Both the position numbers and the translations under genes were made by a program. DNA of 64,000 bases. It comes from Candidatus Methylomirabilia bacterium. Lineage in GTDB: Bacteria; Methylomirabilota; Methylomirabilia; Rokubacteriales; CSP1-6. Positions 42,865-52,185 of the stretch are shown here, piece after piece. The notes below the pieces were generated by a model. The model was not told the origin of the DNA, did not search any database, and saw only the letters and a program-made list of their open reading frames with translations. Positions within the stretch are counted from its first letter, which is position 1; each line of letters begins with the position of its first letter. Location of the stretch: assembly GCA_041496385.1 (NCBI GenBank), contig JBGQEL010000008.1:1-64000 (forward strand). The letters run 5' to 3'.

Positions 42865-42879
42865 TGGCATTCAAGTTGC
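42865..42879 (+). promoter_or_regulatory. Sigma-54 promoter
   Basis: TGGCAT-TCAAG-TTGC, ~40 nt upstream of ORF 42921. Confidence 0.68.
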
Positions 42880-42920
42880 TGTCCGAGCATCGCACGGAAC
42901 ACGTCGCGTAGGAGGGCTGC

Positions 42921-43295
42921 ATGCTGCTCCCGGAACAAGTGCAGCGGCTGTTTCACCTGGCACTGGTCGAGTTCGCGCCCGACTGGGAAGTCTCCGGCGC
43001 CGTCACGGAGCTGTCCCTGCACAACCCGGAACATTGGGTGTCCGGGCTCGGGACGTTCGGCCTCATCCTGAGAAGCCGCACCACGGGCCGCGTCAAGATC
43101 CTCGGACGGCGGACCGGCCAGATCCCGCACGCCGCCTACTACCGCGGTATCTCCTATCGAGTGCTGGAGGCGTACGCTGATCGCATCGTCGATCCGATCC
43201 GTCGCTATTTCGAGGAGATCGGGATCCTTCCACCCTCGGAGTTCGCCTCACCGCCCCCGCGGCCCAGAATCGGGTCGCGCCTGAGGTACGCCTAG
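42921..43295 (+). CDS. Hypothetical protein
   Basis: AGGAGG RBS, protein-like composition, upstream sigma-54 motif. Confidence 0.7.
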   Translation: MLLPEQVQRLFHLALVEFAPDWEVSGAVTELSLHNPEHWVSGLGTFGLILRSRTTGRVKILGRRTGQIPHAAYYRGISYRVLEAYADRIVDPIRRYFEEIGILPPSEFASPPPRPRIGSRLRYA

Positions 43296-43323
43296 CCCGC
43301 TCCGCGCCGGCGGGGCGCCGCCG

Positions 43324-44070
43324 TCACGCCTCGAGCCGCGCGATGGCCCGGGGCAGATCGGCTAGGCGCGGGATCGCCGCGTCGGGACGCTGCGCACCGA
43401 GCGCTTCGAGCGAGTGGCTCGTCACCTGGATCGTGCGCATCCCGGCTCCGCGCGCGCCCTTCACGTCGAGGATGTCGTCGTCGCCGACGTGCACGGCCGA
43501 GGCGGCCTCGCCCCCCACGGCGCGGAGCGTGAGCGCGAAGATCTCCGGATCGGGTTTCCGCACCCCCACCTCGTCGGAGAACGTCGTGTGCTTGAAGCAC
43601 CCGAGGAGCCGGTAGCGTTCGAGGACCTTCCGGAGCGTGGCGCCAGGCGTGCGCATGGTGTTCGACACGAGCGCGAGCGTGTAGCCGCGCGCCGCGAGCG
43701 TCTCGAGCGCCGCGAGCGCGCCCTCGTCCACCGCCGGCGGGACCAGCAACGCGGGACGCGAATAGGCGTCCACGAGCATCGTCATGACCTCCGCGGTGAC
43801 CCGCGCCGGGAGCTGCCGGTCGAGCGCCGTGAGGATCGCGCGAACGTGGTCGCCGACGGGCACGTCGCGCTGGCGGCTCCAGACCAGCGCGAGGAACACC
43901 CCCGACTCGTCGTAGGCGCGATCGAGCTGGCCCGACGAGACGCGCTCTCCCGCGGCGGCCAGGATCTTCGCGAAATCGGCCATGCGGCGCTTCTTGTAGC
44001 GATTGTCGCTCGCGGGGCCGTCGACCAGGAGCGTGCCCCAGAAGTCGAGCGTGATCGTGCGGAACTTCAG
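43324..44070 (-). CDS. HAD-family hydrolase
   Basis: LDFWGTL, VSNT, RKPDPEIF, HVGDD; probable CTG start overlapping the upstream TGA. Confidence 0.85.
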   Translation of the reverse strand: MKFRTITLDFWGTLLVDGPASDNRYKKRRMADFAKILAAAGERVSSGQLDRAYDESGVFLALVWSRQRDVPVGDHVRAILTALDRQLPARVTAEVMTMLVDAYSRPALLVPPAVDEGALAALETLAARGYTLALVSNTMRTPGATLRKVLERYRLLGCFKHTTFSDEVGVRKPDPEIFALTLRAVGGEAASAVHVGDDDILDVKGARGAGMRTIQVTSHSLEALGAQRPDAAIPRLADLPRAIARLEA

Positions 44071-44840
44071 GGCCGGTCCTCCCACCGGGGCGCGCGTTTC
44101 TCGAGGTAGGCGCTCATCCCCTCGCGCGGCTCGCCCGTCGCGTAGGCCGCGACGAAGGCGTCGATCCCGCAGCGCACGGCGCTGCCGAGATCGGTCGCGC
44201 GCCAGCGGACGATCAGCTCCTTCTGCAGGCGCACGGCGTCGGGCCCGCACGCGAGGATCCTCGCCGCGAGCGCCTCGGCCGCCGCGCGGAGGCGCTCGAG
44301 GGGAACGACCTCGTTCACGAGCCCCCAGTCCAGCGCCCGCTCCGCCGTGACCGGCGCCCCGGTGAGGAGCAGCTCGGCGGCCCGGCCGGGCCCGACGAGC
44401 GGCGGCAGGAGCGCCGCCTGGATCACGGACGGGATACCGACGCGCACCTCGGGGAGGCCGAGCGGCGCGCCGGCGGCGGCGATGCGCAGGTCGCACGCGA
44501 GCGCCAGCTCGAAGCCGGCGCCGAGGCACGGGCCGTTGATCGCGGCGATCACGGGGAACGGCGCCCGGTGGACCGCGGCGATCGCGTCGTGGAGGCCGGC
44601 GATCAGCTCGCGGGCGCCCGCGGCGTCCAGCTCGCGCAGCACGCGGACGTCCATGCCCGCCGTGAACGCCCGACCGTGGCCCGTGACGACGACGACACGG
44701 ACCGCGCGGTCCGACGCCAGCGTCTCGAACGTCCCGCGGATCTCACGAATCAGCCCGGGCTCGAGGAGGTTGAGCGGCGACCGATCGAGCGTGCACCAGA
44801 CCGTCCCGCCCGCCCGGTGGACGGCGAGCGGACCGCCCAT
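44067..44840 (-). CDS. Enoyl-CoA hydratase/isomerase family protein
   Basis: AFTAGMD, CLGAGFELALACD, LPEVRVG. Confidence 0.88.
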   Translation of the reverse strand: MGGPLAVHRAGGTVWCTLDRSPLNLLEPGLIREIRGTFETLASDRAVRVVVVTGHGRAFTAGMDVRVLRELDAAGARELIAGLHDAIAAVHRAPFPVIAAINGPCLGAGFELALACDLRIAAAGAPLGLPEVRVGIPSVIQAALLPPLVGPGRAAELLLTGAPVTAERALDWGLVNEVVPLERLRAAAEALAARILACGPDAVRLQKELIVRWRATDLGSAVRCGIDAFVAAYATGEPREGMSAYLEKRAPRWEDRP

Positions 44841-44841
44841 C

Positions 44842-45159
44842 TTAGTACCGGCGCATCCGGGGGTCGATGACCCGCGCCCAGTGGTCGAGGCCGCCGGCCA
44901 GGTTCCGCACGGTCTTGAACCCGAGGGACCGGAGGTACTCGGCGACCGCCGCGCTGCGCACACCCTGGTGGCAGTAGACGACGATGTCGTCCTCGGGGTT
45001 CAGCTCGTCGGTCCGGACCTCGATCTCCTCGATCGGGATGTGGACCGCATTCTCGAGACGGCAGAGCTTCGTCTCCCAGTCCTGCCGCACGTCGAGCAGC
45101 AGCGGGCGCTCGCTGCGGTCGAGCCGCGCCTTGAGGTCCTGGGGCGTGATCTCGTCCAT
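44842..45159 (-). CDS. Rhodanese-like domain protein
   Basis: LLDVRQ, YCHQGVRS, NLAGGL. Confidence 0.88.
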   Translation of the reverse strand: MDEITPQDLKARLDRSERPLLLDVRQDWETKLCRLENAVHIPIEEIEVRTDELNPEDDIVVYCHQGVRSAAVAEYLRSLGFKTVRNLAGGLDHWARVIDPRMRRY

Positions 45160-45168
45160 CTCGGCTCC

Positions 45169-46020
45169 CTAGCGTGGCGCCGGGCGCGCCACGAGGAACT
45201 CGGCGAGCCAGCCGTTCACCCGGCCGGCGTGCTCGAGGTGGGGAAAGTGGCCGCACTCGTCCACCCAGCGCACGGCGGCGTTGGGCAGGGCCTCGGCGAT
45301 CTCGGCGCCGTGGGCCGGCGGCGCCACGCGGTCCTGCCGGCCGTGGATCACCAGGACGGGCAGGTCGAGCGTGGCGAGCGCGCGCCGATAGTCCTCGCGG
45401 TGCGCCTCGAACTCGGGCCGCACGTGGCGCAGCGTCGCGAGATACGCCTGCCGCGCCTCGGGGGACGTCCGCGCCGCGTACTCGTGATCCACGAAGAAGT
45501 CCACCTCGGCGCGCACGGGCCGGTGGAAGCAGCGCGCGAGGGCCGCCTTGTAGAGCGCGGCCGACGCGGCGAGCGCGAGCGCCTCGCCGACGCCGGGGAG
45601 CGCGACGAGCCGATAGATCCACGAGGGGCGGAACGAGAAGCCTGGAACGACGCCGCCGACCAGCGCGAGCCGGTCCACGCGCGCGGGATGCGTCAGCGCG
45701 TAGGTGACGACGACGGCGCCGCCGAGCGAGTGGCCCACGAGCGAAGCCTGCCGGAGACCGAGGGCCTCGAGGAAACCGTGGAGCGCGCGGGCGAAGAAGG
45801 CGAGCCGGTACTGGACGCGGGGCTTGGCCGAGGTCCCGAAGCCGGGCAGGTCGAGCGCGTACACGGTCGCGCGGCGCGCGAGAGGCGCCATGTTGTGCCG
45901 CCACGATTCCGCAAATCCGCCGAGACCGTGCACGAGCACGACGGCGGGGCCGCGACCCTCGACGACGTAGTGGAGCGCGAGGCCGTCCACCTCGCCGCCT
46001 CGGAGCCGGATCTCTGGCAT
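45169..46020 (-). CDS. Alpha/beta fold hydrolase
   Basis: HGLGG, GHSLGG, GRQD, GHFPHLE. Confidence 0.88.
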   Translation of the reverse strand: MPEIRLRGGEVDGLALHYVVEGRGPAVVLVHGLGGFAESWRHNMAPLARRATVYALDLPGFGTSAKPRVQYRLAFFARALHGFLEALGLRQASLVGHSLGGAVVVTYALTHPARVDRLALVGGVVPGFSFRPSWIYRLVALPGVGEALALAASAALYKAALARCFHRPVRAEVDFFVDHEYAARTSPEARQAYLATLRHVRPEFEAHREDYRRALATLDLPVLVIHGRQDRVAPPAHGAEIAEALPNAAVRWVDECGHFPHLEHAGRVNGWLAEFLVARPAPR

Positions 46021-46024
46021 GGGG

Positions 46025-47044
46025 CTATGATTCTACCAGACCACCTCCGCCGAGACGCCGGCTCAGGGACTGGCGGAACGGGAAGATGCTGAAGACACCA
46101 CCCGTGTGGACGAAGCAGATGCGCGTGCCCAGGGCGCGTGGGTCGCGGCGGAGCCGGTCGAGGAGCCCGGCGAACGCCTTGGCGGTGTAGACGGGATCGA
46201 GGATGATGCCTTCCGTGCGCGCGACGCGCACCACCGTGTCGAGCTCCGCGTCGCGCACCTCCGCGCGCCCGACGCCCTGGTAGCCGTCGAGCAGCGCGAT
46301 CGTCTCCGGCACCTCGACGGGAAGCGCATAGCGCCGCCGCGCCTCGCCGATGATGCGCGCCACGTACTCGCGGACGCGCGCGGCCTCCCACGCGATCGGA
46401 ATGCTCACGATCTCGGCGCGGAGACCGTAGAGCTGCTTCGCCATCAGGAGGCCGGCCTGGCTCCCACCGCTGAACGCGGTGATCACGATCGTGTCGAAGT
46501 CGGGCGCGCCGTGGCGAATCTGCTGGGCGATCTCCTCCCCGCACGCGACGTAGCCGAGGGCGCCGGCGACCGTCGCGCCGCTCTCCGGGATCACGTAGGG
46601 CGTGCCGCCGCGCGTCCGGACACGCGCCGCGAGCCCCTCCAGCACCTCGTCGATCCGTGCCCACTCGGCGTCGGAGCAGTAGCGGACGTCGGCGCCAAGC
46701 AGGCGGCCCAGGAGCAGGTTGCCGTCGAGCTCCTCGGGCGGGGCGCCCTTGAGCGCGAGGATCGCCTTGAGTCCGAGGCGCGCGGCGACCGCGGCGACGG
46801 TGCGGCAGCAGTTCGACTGCAGCGTGCCGCAGGTGATCAGCGTGTCGGCCCGCTGGGCGAAGGCCTCGCCGAGAAGGAACTCGAGCTTCCGGATCTTGTT
46901 GCCCGTCTCGAGCAGGCCCGTCAGGTCGTCGCGCTTCACCCACAGCTCGACGCCGAGCTCCGCGGACAGGCGCTCGAGCTTGAGGAGCGGCGTGGGCGCA
47001 TTGGCGAGCTCGACGCGGGGGATCGGCGGGGCGCCCGTCACCAT
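46025..47044 (-). CDS. D-cysteine desulfhydrase / ACC deaminase family PLP enzyme
   Basis: KRDDLTG..GNKIRKLEF, QSNC, LDPVYTAKA, HTGG. Confidence 0.85.
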   Translation of the reverse strand: MVTGAPPIPRVELANAPTPLLKLERLSAELGVELWVKRDDLTGLLETGNKIRKLEFLLGEAFAQRADTLITCGTLQSNCCRTVAAVAARLGLKAILALKGAPPEELDGNLLLGRLLGADVRYCSDAEWARIDEVLEGLAARVRTRGGTPYVIPESGATVAGALGYVACGEEIAQQIRHGAPDFDTIVITAFSGGSQAGLLMAKQLYGLRAEIVSIPIAWEAARVREYVARIIGEARRRYALPVEVPETIALLDGYQGVGRAEVRDAELDTVVRVARTEGIILDPVYTAKAFAGLLDRLRRDPRALGTRICFVHTGGVFSIFPFRQSLSRRLGGGGLVES

Positions 47045-47056
47045 GTTTTCACTATC

Positions 47057-48001
47057 TCAGGCGAACAGGTCGGGAGGCAAGGAATCAGAGGGCAGGCCGA
47101 GGAGCCGCTTCATCATCAGGGCGTTGCGTACCGGGTAGTCACGGTTGTTGTTGTTGAAGGAGATGAAGACCTGCGCCGCCTCGTCGGCCACCCGCTCGAC
47201 CTCGGGGACCAGCTCCGCCAGCTCGGCCTCGCTGTAGAGATAGTCGTACTTCTCTCTCACCGCGGGCGCCTCGCCCCGGAGCTGGCTGAGCCACCCCTCG
47301 GCGTTACGCCCGTGCAGGCGGAAGACCGCCGTCGGCGCCGTGGCCGTCGTCACCCTCGGCATCGCGTTGCGCGTCGCCGGCGCGTCTACGATCACGTGGG
47401 CCAGGCGCGCGGCCCGGAGCGCCCCGAGCGTCTCGGCCGCGTGCTCGGGATACCAGGAGCGATGGCGAAACTCGACCGCGATCGCCCGGCCGGGGAGCCG
47501 CGCGGGCAACGAGGCGAGGTACTCGAGGCGCGCGACGTCGAAGTGGACCCACGGCGCGAGCTGGAACAGGACGTAGCCGAGCTTGCCGGCGGCCGCGATC
47601 GGCTCGACGGCCGCGCCGAAGAGCCGGAACGTCGCGTCCAGGGCCTCGGGCGGGAAGCTCGACGCGTCGATCTCCCCGCGGCGCGTGAGCGCGGGATGCC
47701 GCGGCAGGAGCCCCTGTACCTCGGCGGGCAGGCTCTCGCGCCGCGGATGGTGTCCCGTCATGAGCGCGTACGCCTTGACATGGAAGAGGAAGCCCGGCGG
47801 CGTGCGCTCGACCCAGCGGAGCGTGTTCCGGACGTCGGGAATGGCGTAGTAGGAGCTGTTCACCTCGACCGCGTCGAAGACGCCCGCGTAGAAGCGCAGG
47901 CGCGCCTCGGCCGACATGGACTTCGTCGGATAGAACCCGCGGCTCTCGATGAGCGCCGGGTCGGCCCACGCGCAGATCCCGACGCGGACGCGCTCGCGCA
48001 G
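47057..48001 (-). CDS. DUF72 family protein
   Basis: VRVGICAW (in frame upstream of the track ATG), EVNSSYY, EFRHRSW, RLHGRN, YDYLYS, FNNN; start probably CTG at 48001. Confidence 0.82.
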   Translation of the reverse strand: MRERVRVGICAWADPALIESRGFYPTKSMSAEARLRFYAGVFDAVEVNSSYYAIPDVRNTLRWVERTPPGFLFHVKAYALMTGHHPRRESLPAEVQGLLPRHPALTRRGEIDASSFPPEALDATFRLFGAAVEPIAAAGKLGYVLFQLAPWVHFDVARLEYLASLPARLPGRAIAVEFRHRSWYPEHAAETLGALRAARLAHVIVDAPATRNAMPRVTTATAPTAVFRLHGRNAEGWLSQLRGEAPAVREKYDYLYSEAELAELVPEVERVADEAAQVFISFNNNNRDYPVRNALMMKRLLGLPSDSLPPDLFA

Positions 48002-48002
48002 G

Positions 48003-49583
48003 CTAGACGATCTTCTCGTAGACGCCCGGCGGGATGACGCGATACACGTGGATCGGCTGCGAGACGTTCTTGAACGTCCGCTCGCCGAGGCTCTCGAGGA
48101 CGAAGTGCTGGCGGATCCGCGAGGCCGTCGTCGGGCCCACGATGATCTCGCCGCCCTGCGCCGAGCCCGCGAAGCGGGCGGCGACGTTGGTCGTCGGGCC
48201 CGTGGCGGTGAAGGTCCAGCGCTGGGCCGCGCCCGCGCCGAGCTTCGTCGCGCCGACGAGCGCCTCGCCCGTGTTGATCCCCATGTGGAGCTGGACGGCC
48301 GGGAACATGCCGCCGTACTCCTCGTTCAGGCGCTGGGTCTGCTGGTGGATCGCGAAGGCGGCACGCGTCGCGTTGACCGCGTGGTCCGTCCCGCCGCGAT
48401 CGGACTGGAAGATCACCATGAGGCCGTCGCCGGCGGTCTCGTTCACGTCGCCGTGCTGTCCCTGGATGATCTCCAGGTAGCTCGAGAAATACGTCTGCAC
48501 GAGCTGGTTGAGCTTGCGGGCCTCGAGCTGCTCGGAGAGCTTCGTGTAGCCGGCGATGTCGAGGAAGAGCACCGACACCTCGACGGTCTTCTTCTCGAGC
48601 TCCGTCGCGTTCGGATTCTGCTCGAGCAGGCGCTTCACCGCCTCCGGCACGAACTTCGCGAGCTCGCCCTTGAGCTGCTCGAGCAGCTCGAGCCGCTTGC
48701 GCGACTCCTGGAGGTTGTGCAGCGCGCCATCGAGCTCGGTGTTCTTGGTCGCGAGGTCGTCGTGGGCCCGGGCGAGGCGCGACGTCATCTCGTTGAAGGC
48801 GGCGCCGAGCTCACCGATCTCGTCGCGCGCGCCCTCGGCCGCGCGCACGGTGAAGTCGCCCTCGCCCACCCGGCGCGCGGTCGCCGCGAGCGCCGCGATC
48901 GGCCGGACGACGACCGAGCGCATCGCGACCGTCAGGACCCCGGCGGCGGAGAAGATCGTCAGGATGCCGATCAAGACCTGGCGGTTGCGGTGACGGCGCA
49001 CCTCGGCGAAGACGGGCTCCATCGACGTCGCGACGCGGACCACCGCCCGCACCTTGTGGTCGCTGCCGTGGCAGTCCTGACACGCGTCGCGGTTCGGGAT
49101 CGGATAGTGAAGCGTGAAGAGCGAGGCGTTCGCCTCGACCTCGACGGACTCCTGCGTCTTCTGCGTCTCGAGCGCCTGCGCGAAGAGCGGCCCGCTCATC
49201 CGGGCGCCCGGCGCCCGCTGCATGCGCGACAGCGCCTCCATGACCTCGGGCGAGAGGTTGCCCGTCTTCGCGACCTCGGTCGCCGTCGCGAGATCGGTGA
49301 ACGCCTCGACGCCGTTCCGGCGATAAATCGTGACCCCCTGGATCGGCGACGAGGCGCGGAGCTCCTGGAGCATCTGGCGCGTCACGTCGGGGCGCCCCTG
49401 GAGCATCGCGCCCTCGATGGAGGCCACGAGAGTCGCGGTGAGGCGCCGCGCGGCGACCTTGTTCTGCTCGACGAGCGCGGCGGACTCGCGCTGGATCGTG
49501 ACGAGGGTGGAGACGCCGAACCCGAGGATCAGGACGGCCACGATCAGGAGTCCGATCTTGATCGCGAGGCGGGAGCGGAACAT
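48003..49583 (-). CDS. Membrane class III nucleotide cyclase with periplasmic heme-c motif and HAMP domain
   Basis: Two TM helices flanking CQDCH; HAMP (DEIGELGAAFNEM); FLDIAGYT, AGDGLM, GINTG, NVAAR. Confidence 0.85.
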   Translation of the reverse strand: MFRSRLAIKIGLLIVAVLILGFGVSTLVTIQRESAALVEQNKVAARRLTATLVASIEGAMLQGRPDVTRQMLQELRASSPIQGVTIYRRNGVEAFTDLATATEVAKTGNLSPEVMEALSRMQRAPGARMSGPLFAQALETQKTQESVEVEANASLFTLHYPIPNRDACQDCHGSDHKVRAVVRVATSMEPVFAEVRRHRNRQVLIGILTIFSAAGVLTVAMRSVVVRPIAALAATARRVGEGDFTVRAAEGARDEIGELGAAFNEMTSRLARAHDDLATKNTELDGALHNLQESRKRLELLEQLKGELAKFVPEAVKRLLEQNPNATELEKKTVEVSVLFLDIAGYTKLSEQLEARKLNQLVQTYFSSYLEIIQGQHGDVNETAGDGLMVIFQSDRGGTDHAVNATRAAFAIHQQTQRLNEEYGGMFPAVQLHMGINTGEALVGATKLGAGAAQRWTFTATGPTTNVAARFAGSAQGGEIIVGPTTASRIRQHFVLESLGERTFKNVSQPIHVYRVIPPGVYEKIV

Positions 49584-49817
49584 CCGGGGCCGATCCTATC
49601 ACGGCAGAGGAGCCCGCTAACCCCGCGCCAGATCAGGCGCTCTGGGCGGGGTGTCAGCGTCCTGACACCGCCCGTAGTGGATAACCGGAATTCGGCTCCA
49701 TCCTGTTGCGTAACACGACGCGTCGTGCGATACTCCCCTCACTTCATCTTTTCCTTCCTTCGATCTCAGTAAAAACAAAACAAGTTCCGGAAGCCGACAC
49801 AGCAAGGAGGAAACTCT

Positions 49818-50465
49818 ATGAGCAGACTCAGCAGAGTGCTCGCGAGCCTGGCGGTGATCGTGGCGATCGCGGTTGGCGGCAGCTTCCTCACGCGCCAGGT
49901 CATCGCCGTCGCAGGAGAAGCCGACGCCGAGCGGCTCAACCGCGCGATTCTCTCGTATGTCGCGGAGCGGAACCCCAACGCGCCGATCAAGCCGTTCCAG
50001 CGGTTCCCCGAGGTGCTCGTCACCGAGGCGCAGCGCGCCAGCGTGGATCACTGCCTCATCCTCGCGCAGGCCGACGTCGAGTCGGAGTTCAAGCAGGACG
50101 CGGTCGGCAGCGCGGGCGAGGTCGGTCTCTTCCAGATCCTGCCGTCCACCGCGGCGCTCTTCGAGCCGAGCCTGGGCAAGTTCAAGCGTCCCGTGCTGAA
50201 GGGCCAGCGCGACCTCGGCGACCTCGCCGATCCGGTCGTCAGCACCCGCTTCGCGATGGCCTACCTGCGCGACATCCTGAACCGCAAGCCCAACATCAAG
50301 GACGCGCTCACCGAATACAACGGCGGGCCGGCCGGGCGCCACTCGCACTACTACCGGATGGTGATGGGCGCGTACGTCGAGGTGCTCGAACGGCCGGAGC
50401 TCCGGTGCCGCTTCCAGGCGACGCCGAAGCGGCCGCCGATGCTGGCGCTGCTCACGCGCGCATAA
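49818..50465 (+). CDS. Lytic transglycosylase (SLT domain) protein
   Basis: N-terminal TM, VESEF catalytic Glu, AGEVGLFQI, ALTEYNGGP; AAGGAGG RBS. Confidence 0.8.
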   Translation: MSRLSRVLASLAVIVAIAVGGSFLTRQVIAVAGEADAERLNRAILSYVAERNPNAPIKPFQRFPEVLVTEAQRASVDHCLILAQADVESEFKQDAVGSAGEVGLFQILPSTAALFEPSLGKFKRPVLKGQRDLGDLADPVVSTRFAMAYLRDILNRKPNIKDALTEYNGGPAGRHSHYYRMVMGAYVEVLERPELRCRFQATPKRPPMLALLTRA

Positions 50466-50928
50466 ACACGAACCGCCCCCGCGCCGTCGCGAGCACCTCC
50501 GCGGTGGCCAGGGTCTCGATGCGTCCCTGGACGTCCGCGTAGCGGCCGTGGTCGGTGACGAGCTGCGCGAGGCCCAGGAGCGGCGTCTCGGGCGGCACGG
50601 GCCTCACGTAGCGCACCGTCAGCTCGCCGGTGACGGCCAGACGGCCCGTGCCCCGGACGACGGCTCCGGCGAGAATCTCGTCGAGGTACGCCGCCACGAT
50701 CCCGCCGTGCGTCGCGCCGGGCGGGCCCTCGTACCGCCGCTCGATCAGGAGGGGGGAGACGACGCCGGCATCCGCCCTGAAACATCGCACGCGCAGGCCG
50801 CTCGGGTGGCCGGGCCCGCAGCCGAAGCACCTCGCATAGACGTCGTCGGGGCGCGTCGCCGCGCGCTGCTCCTCGAGCCCGGCGAAGCGCTCGCGGAACA
50901 CCTCGGGCAGCGGCTCGGGCGTGAACAT
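50452..50928 (-). CDS. PaaI/hotdog family thioesterase
   Basis: CFGCG, HGGIVAAYLDE, TGELTVRY. Confidence 0.82.
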   Translation of the reverse strand: MFTPEPLPEVFRERFAGLEEQRAATRPDDVYARCFGCGPGHPSGLRVRCFRADAGVVSPLLIERRYEGPPGATHGGIVAAYLDEILAGAVVRGTGRLAVTGELTVRYVRPVPPETPLLGLAQLVTDHGRYADVQGRIETLATAEVLATARGRFVFMRA

Positions 50929-50942
50929 CGGGCGACGCGCGG

Positions 50943-51224
50943 CTACGCGAGCGCCGCGTCGATCTCGCGCGCGAGGGCGAAATCCCTGGCGGTGATTCCG
51001 CCCTCGGAGTGGGTCCAGAGCGCGAGGGTCACCGTCGCGTAGTGGATGGCGATGTCGGGATGATGGCCGGCGCGCTCGGCGAGGGCCGCGACACCGTTGA
51101 CGAAGAACATCGCCTCCTTGAAGCCCGGGAACCCGTAGGCTTTCTCGATCGCCTTGCCACGCACGACCCAGCCGGGGGTCCGCGCGAGCTCGGCCTTCAC
51201 GTCCTCGTCGCCCAGGGCGCTCAT
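50943..51224 (-). CDS. Pterin-4-alpha-carbinolamine dehydratase
   Basis: AERAGHHPDI, WTHSEGGIT..DF. Confidence 0.88.
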   Translation of the reverse strand: MSALGDEDVKAELARTPGWVVRGKAIEKAYGFPGFKEAMFFVNGVAALAERAGHHPDIAIHYATVTLALWTHSEGGITARDFALAREIDAALA

Positions 51225-52144
51225 GCGCGTGCGAGCTTCTGCAGGGAGCGCATCTCGCGGGGCGGGTCCAGCGTCTTGCCGCGGGCCGTCCATGACACCT
51301 CGGCCACGTAGAGGTCGCCGCGCGAGTCCACGACGCAGCCGTGCGGCGCGATGAACTCGCCCGGCGCCTCGCCGAGGAATCGGCCGCCGACGCGCGCGAC
51401 GAGGTCGCCCTTCGGCGTGAGGACACTCACCCGCGCCCCGAGGTTCGGCACCGTCTCGTTCACGGGGAGGTGCGTCGGGAGCTCGCCGACGTAGATGAGG
51501 CCGCCGTTCCGGCGCTCGCAGAAGAGCCCGCAGGGCCGGTGCAGGTTGTTGAGCTGGGTCAGGTACCGTCCCGTACCGTCGAAGACCTGCACGCGGTGGT
51601 TCTCGCGGTCGGCGACGTAGACGAGGCCGTCGGCGTCCGTCGCGATGTTGTGCGGGATGTTGAAGCACCCGGGGTCCGTGCCGGGTTCGCCCCAGGAGAC
51701 CAGGTGCCGGCCCTTCGGGTCGAACTTGTGGACCCGGGAGTTGCCGTAGCCGTCGGAGACGTAGACGTCGCCGGACTTCGGGCAGAGCGCGACGTGGGTC
51801 GGCCGGTTGAACGGCTTGCCGCCGTGGAGCGTGGAGGCCCGGTCGGGGTCACCGATCGTGAGCAGCAGCTTCCCGTCCGCCGTGAACTGGCGGATCGTGT
51901 GATGCAGGTCGTCGGTGAGCCAGAGCGTGCCGTCGGGGCCGATCGTGATGCCGTGGGCCCGGCGGAAAACGCCCTCGCCCCAGGAGCGCAGAAATGTCCC
52001 GTCGCGATCGAAGACGATCACGGGATGCGCGCCGCGGTTGAAGACGTACACGTTGTCCTTCTGGTCGACCGCCACGCTCGTGGCCTCGACGTACGACCAT
52101 CCCTCGGGCAGACGCCCCCATCCCTCGATCGGTCGGTAGATCAT
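51221..52144 (-). CDS. NHL-repeat protein (peptidyl-alpha-hydroxyglycine amidating lyase family)
   Basis: FNRPTHVA, SDGYGNSRVHKF, PHNI..YVADRENHRVQVF. Confidence 0.8.
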   Translation of the reverse strand: MIYRPIEGWGRLPEGWSYVEATSVAVDQKDNVYVFNRGAHPVIVFDRDGTFLRSWGEGVFRRAHGITIGPDGTLWLTDDLHHTIRQFTADGKLLLTIGDPDRASTLHGGKPFNRPTHVALCPKSGDVYVSDGYGNSRVHKFDPKGRHLVSWGEPGTDPGCFNIPHNIATDADGLVYVADRENHRVQVFDGTGRYLTQLNNLHRPCGLFCERRNGGLIYVGELPTHLPVNETVPNLGARVSVLTPKGDLVARVGGRFLGEAPGEFIAPHGCVVDSRGDLYVAEVSWTARGKTLDPPREMRSLQKLARA

Positions 52145-52185
52145 GCGATGAGCCTCCTCGCTCGGATGGTGGCCGCCGCCGCCGG

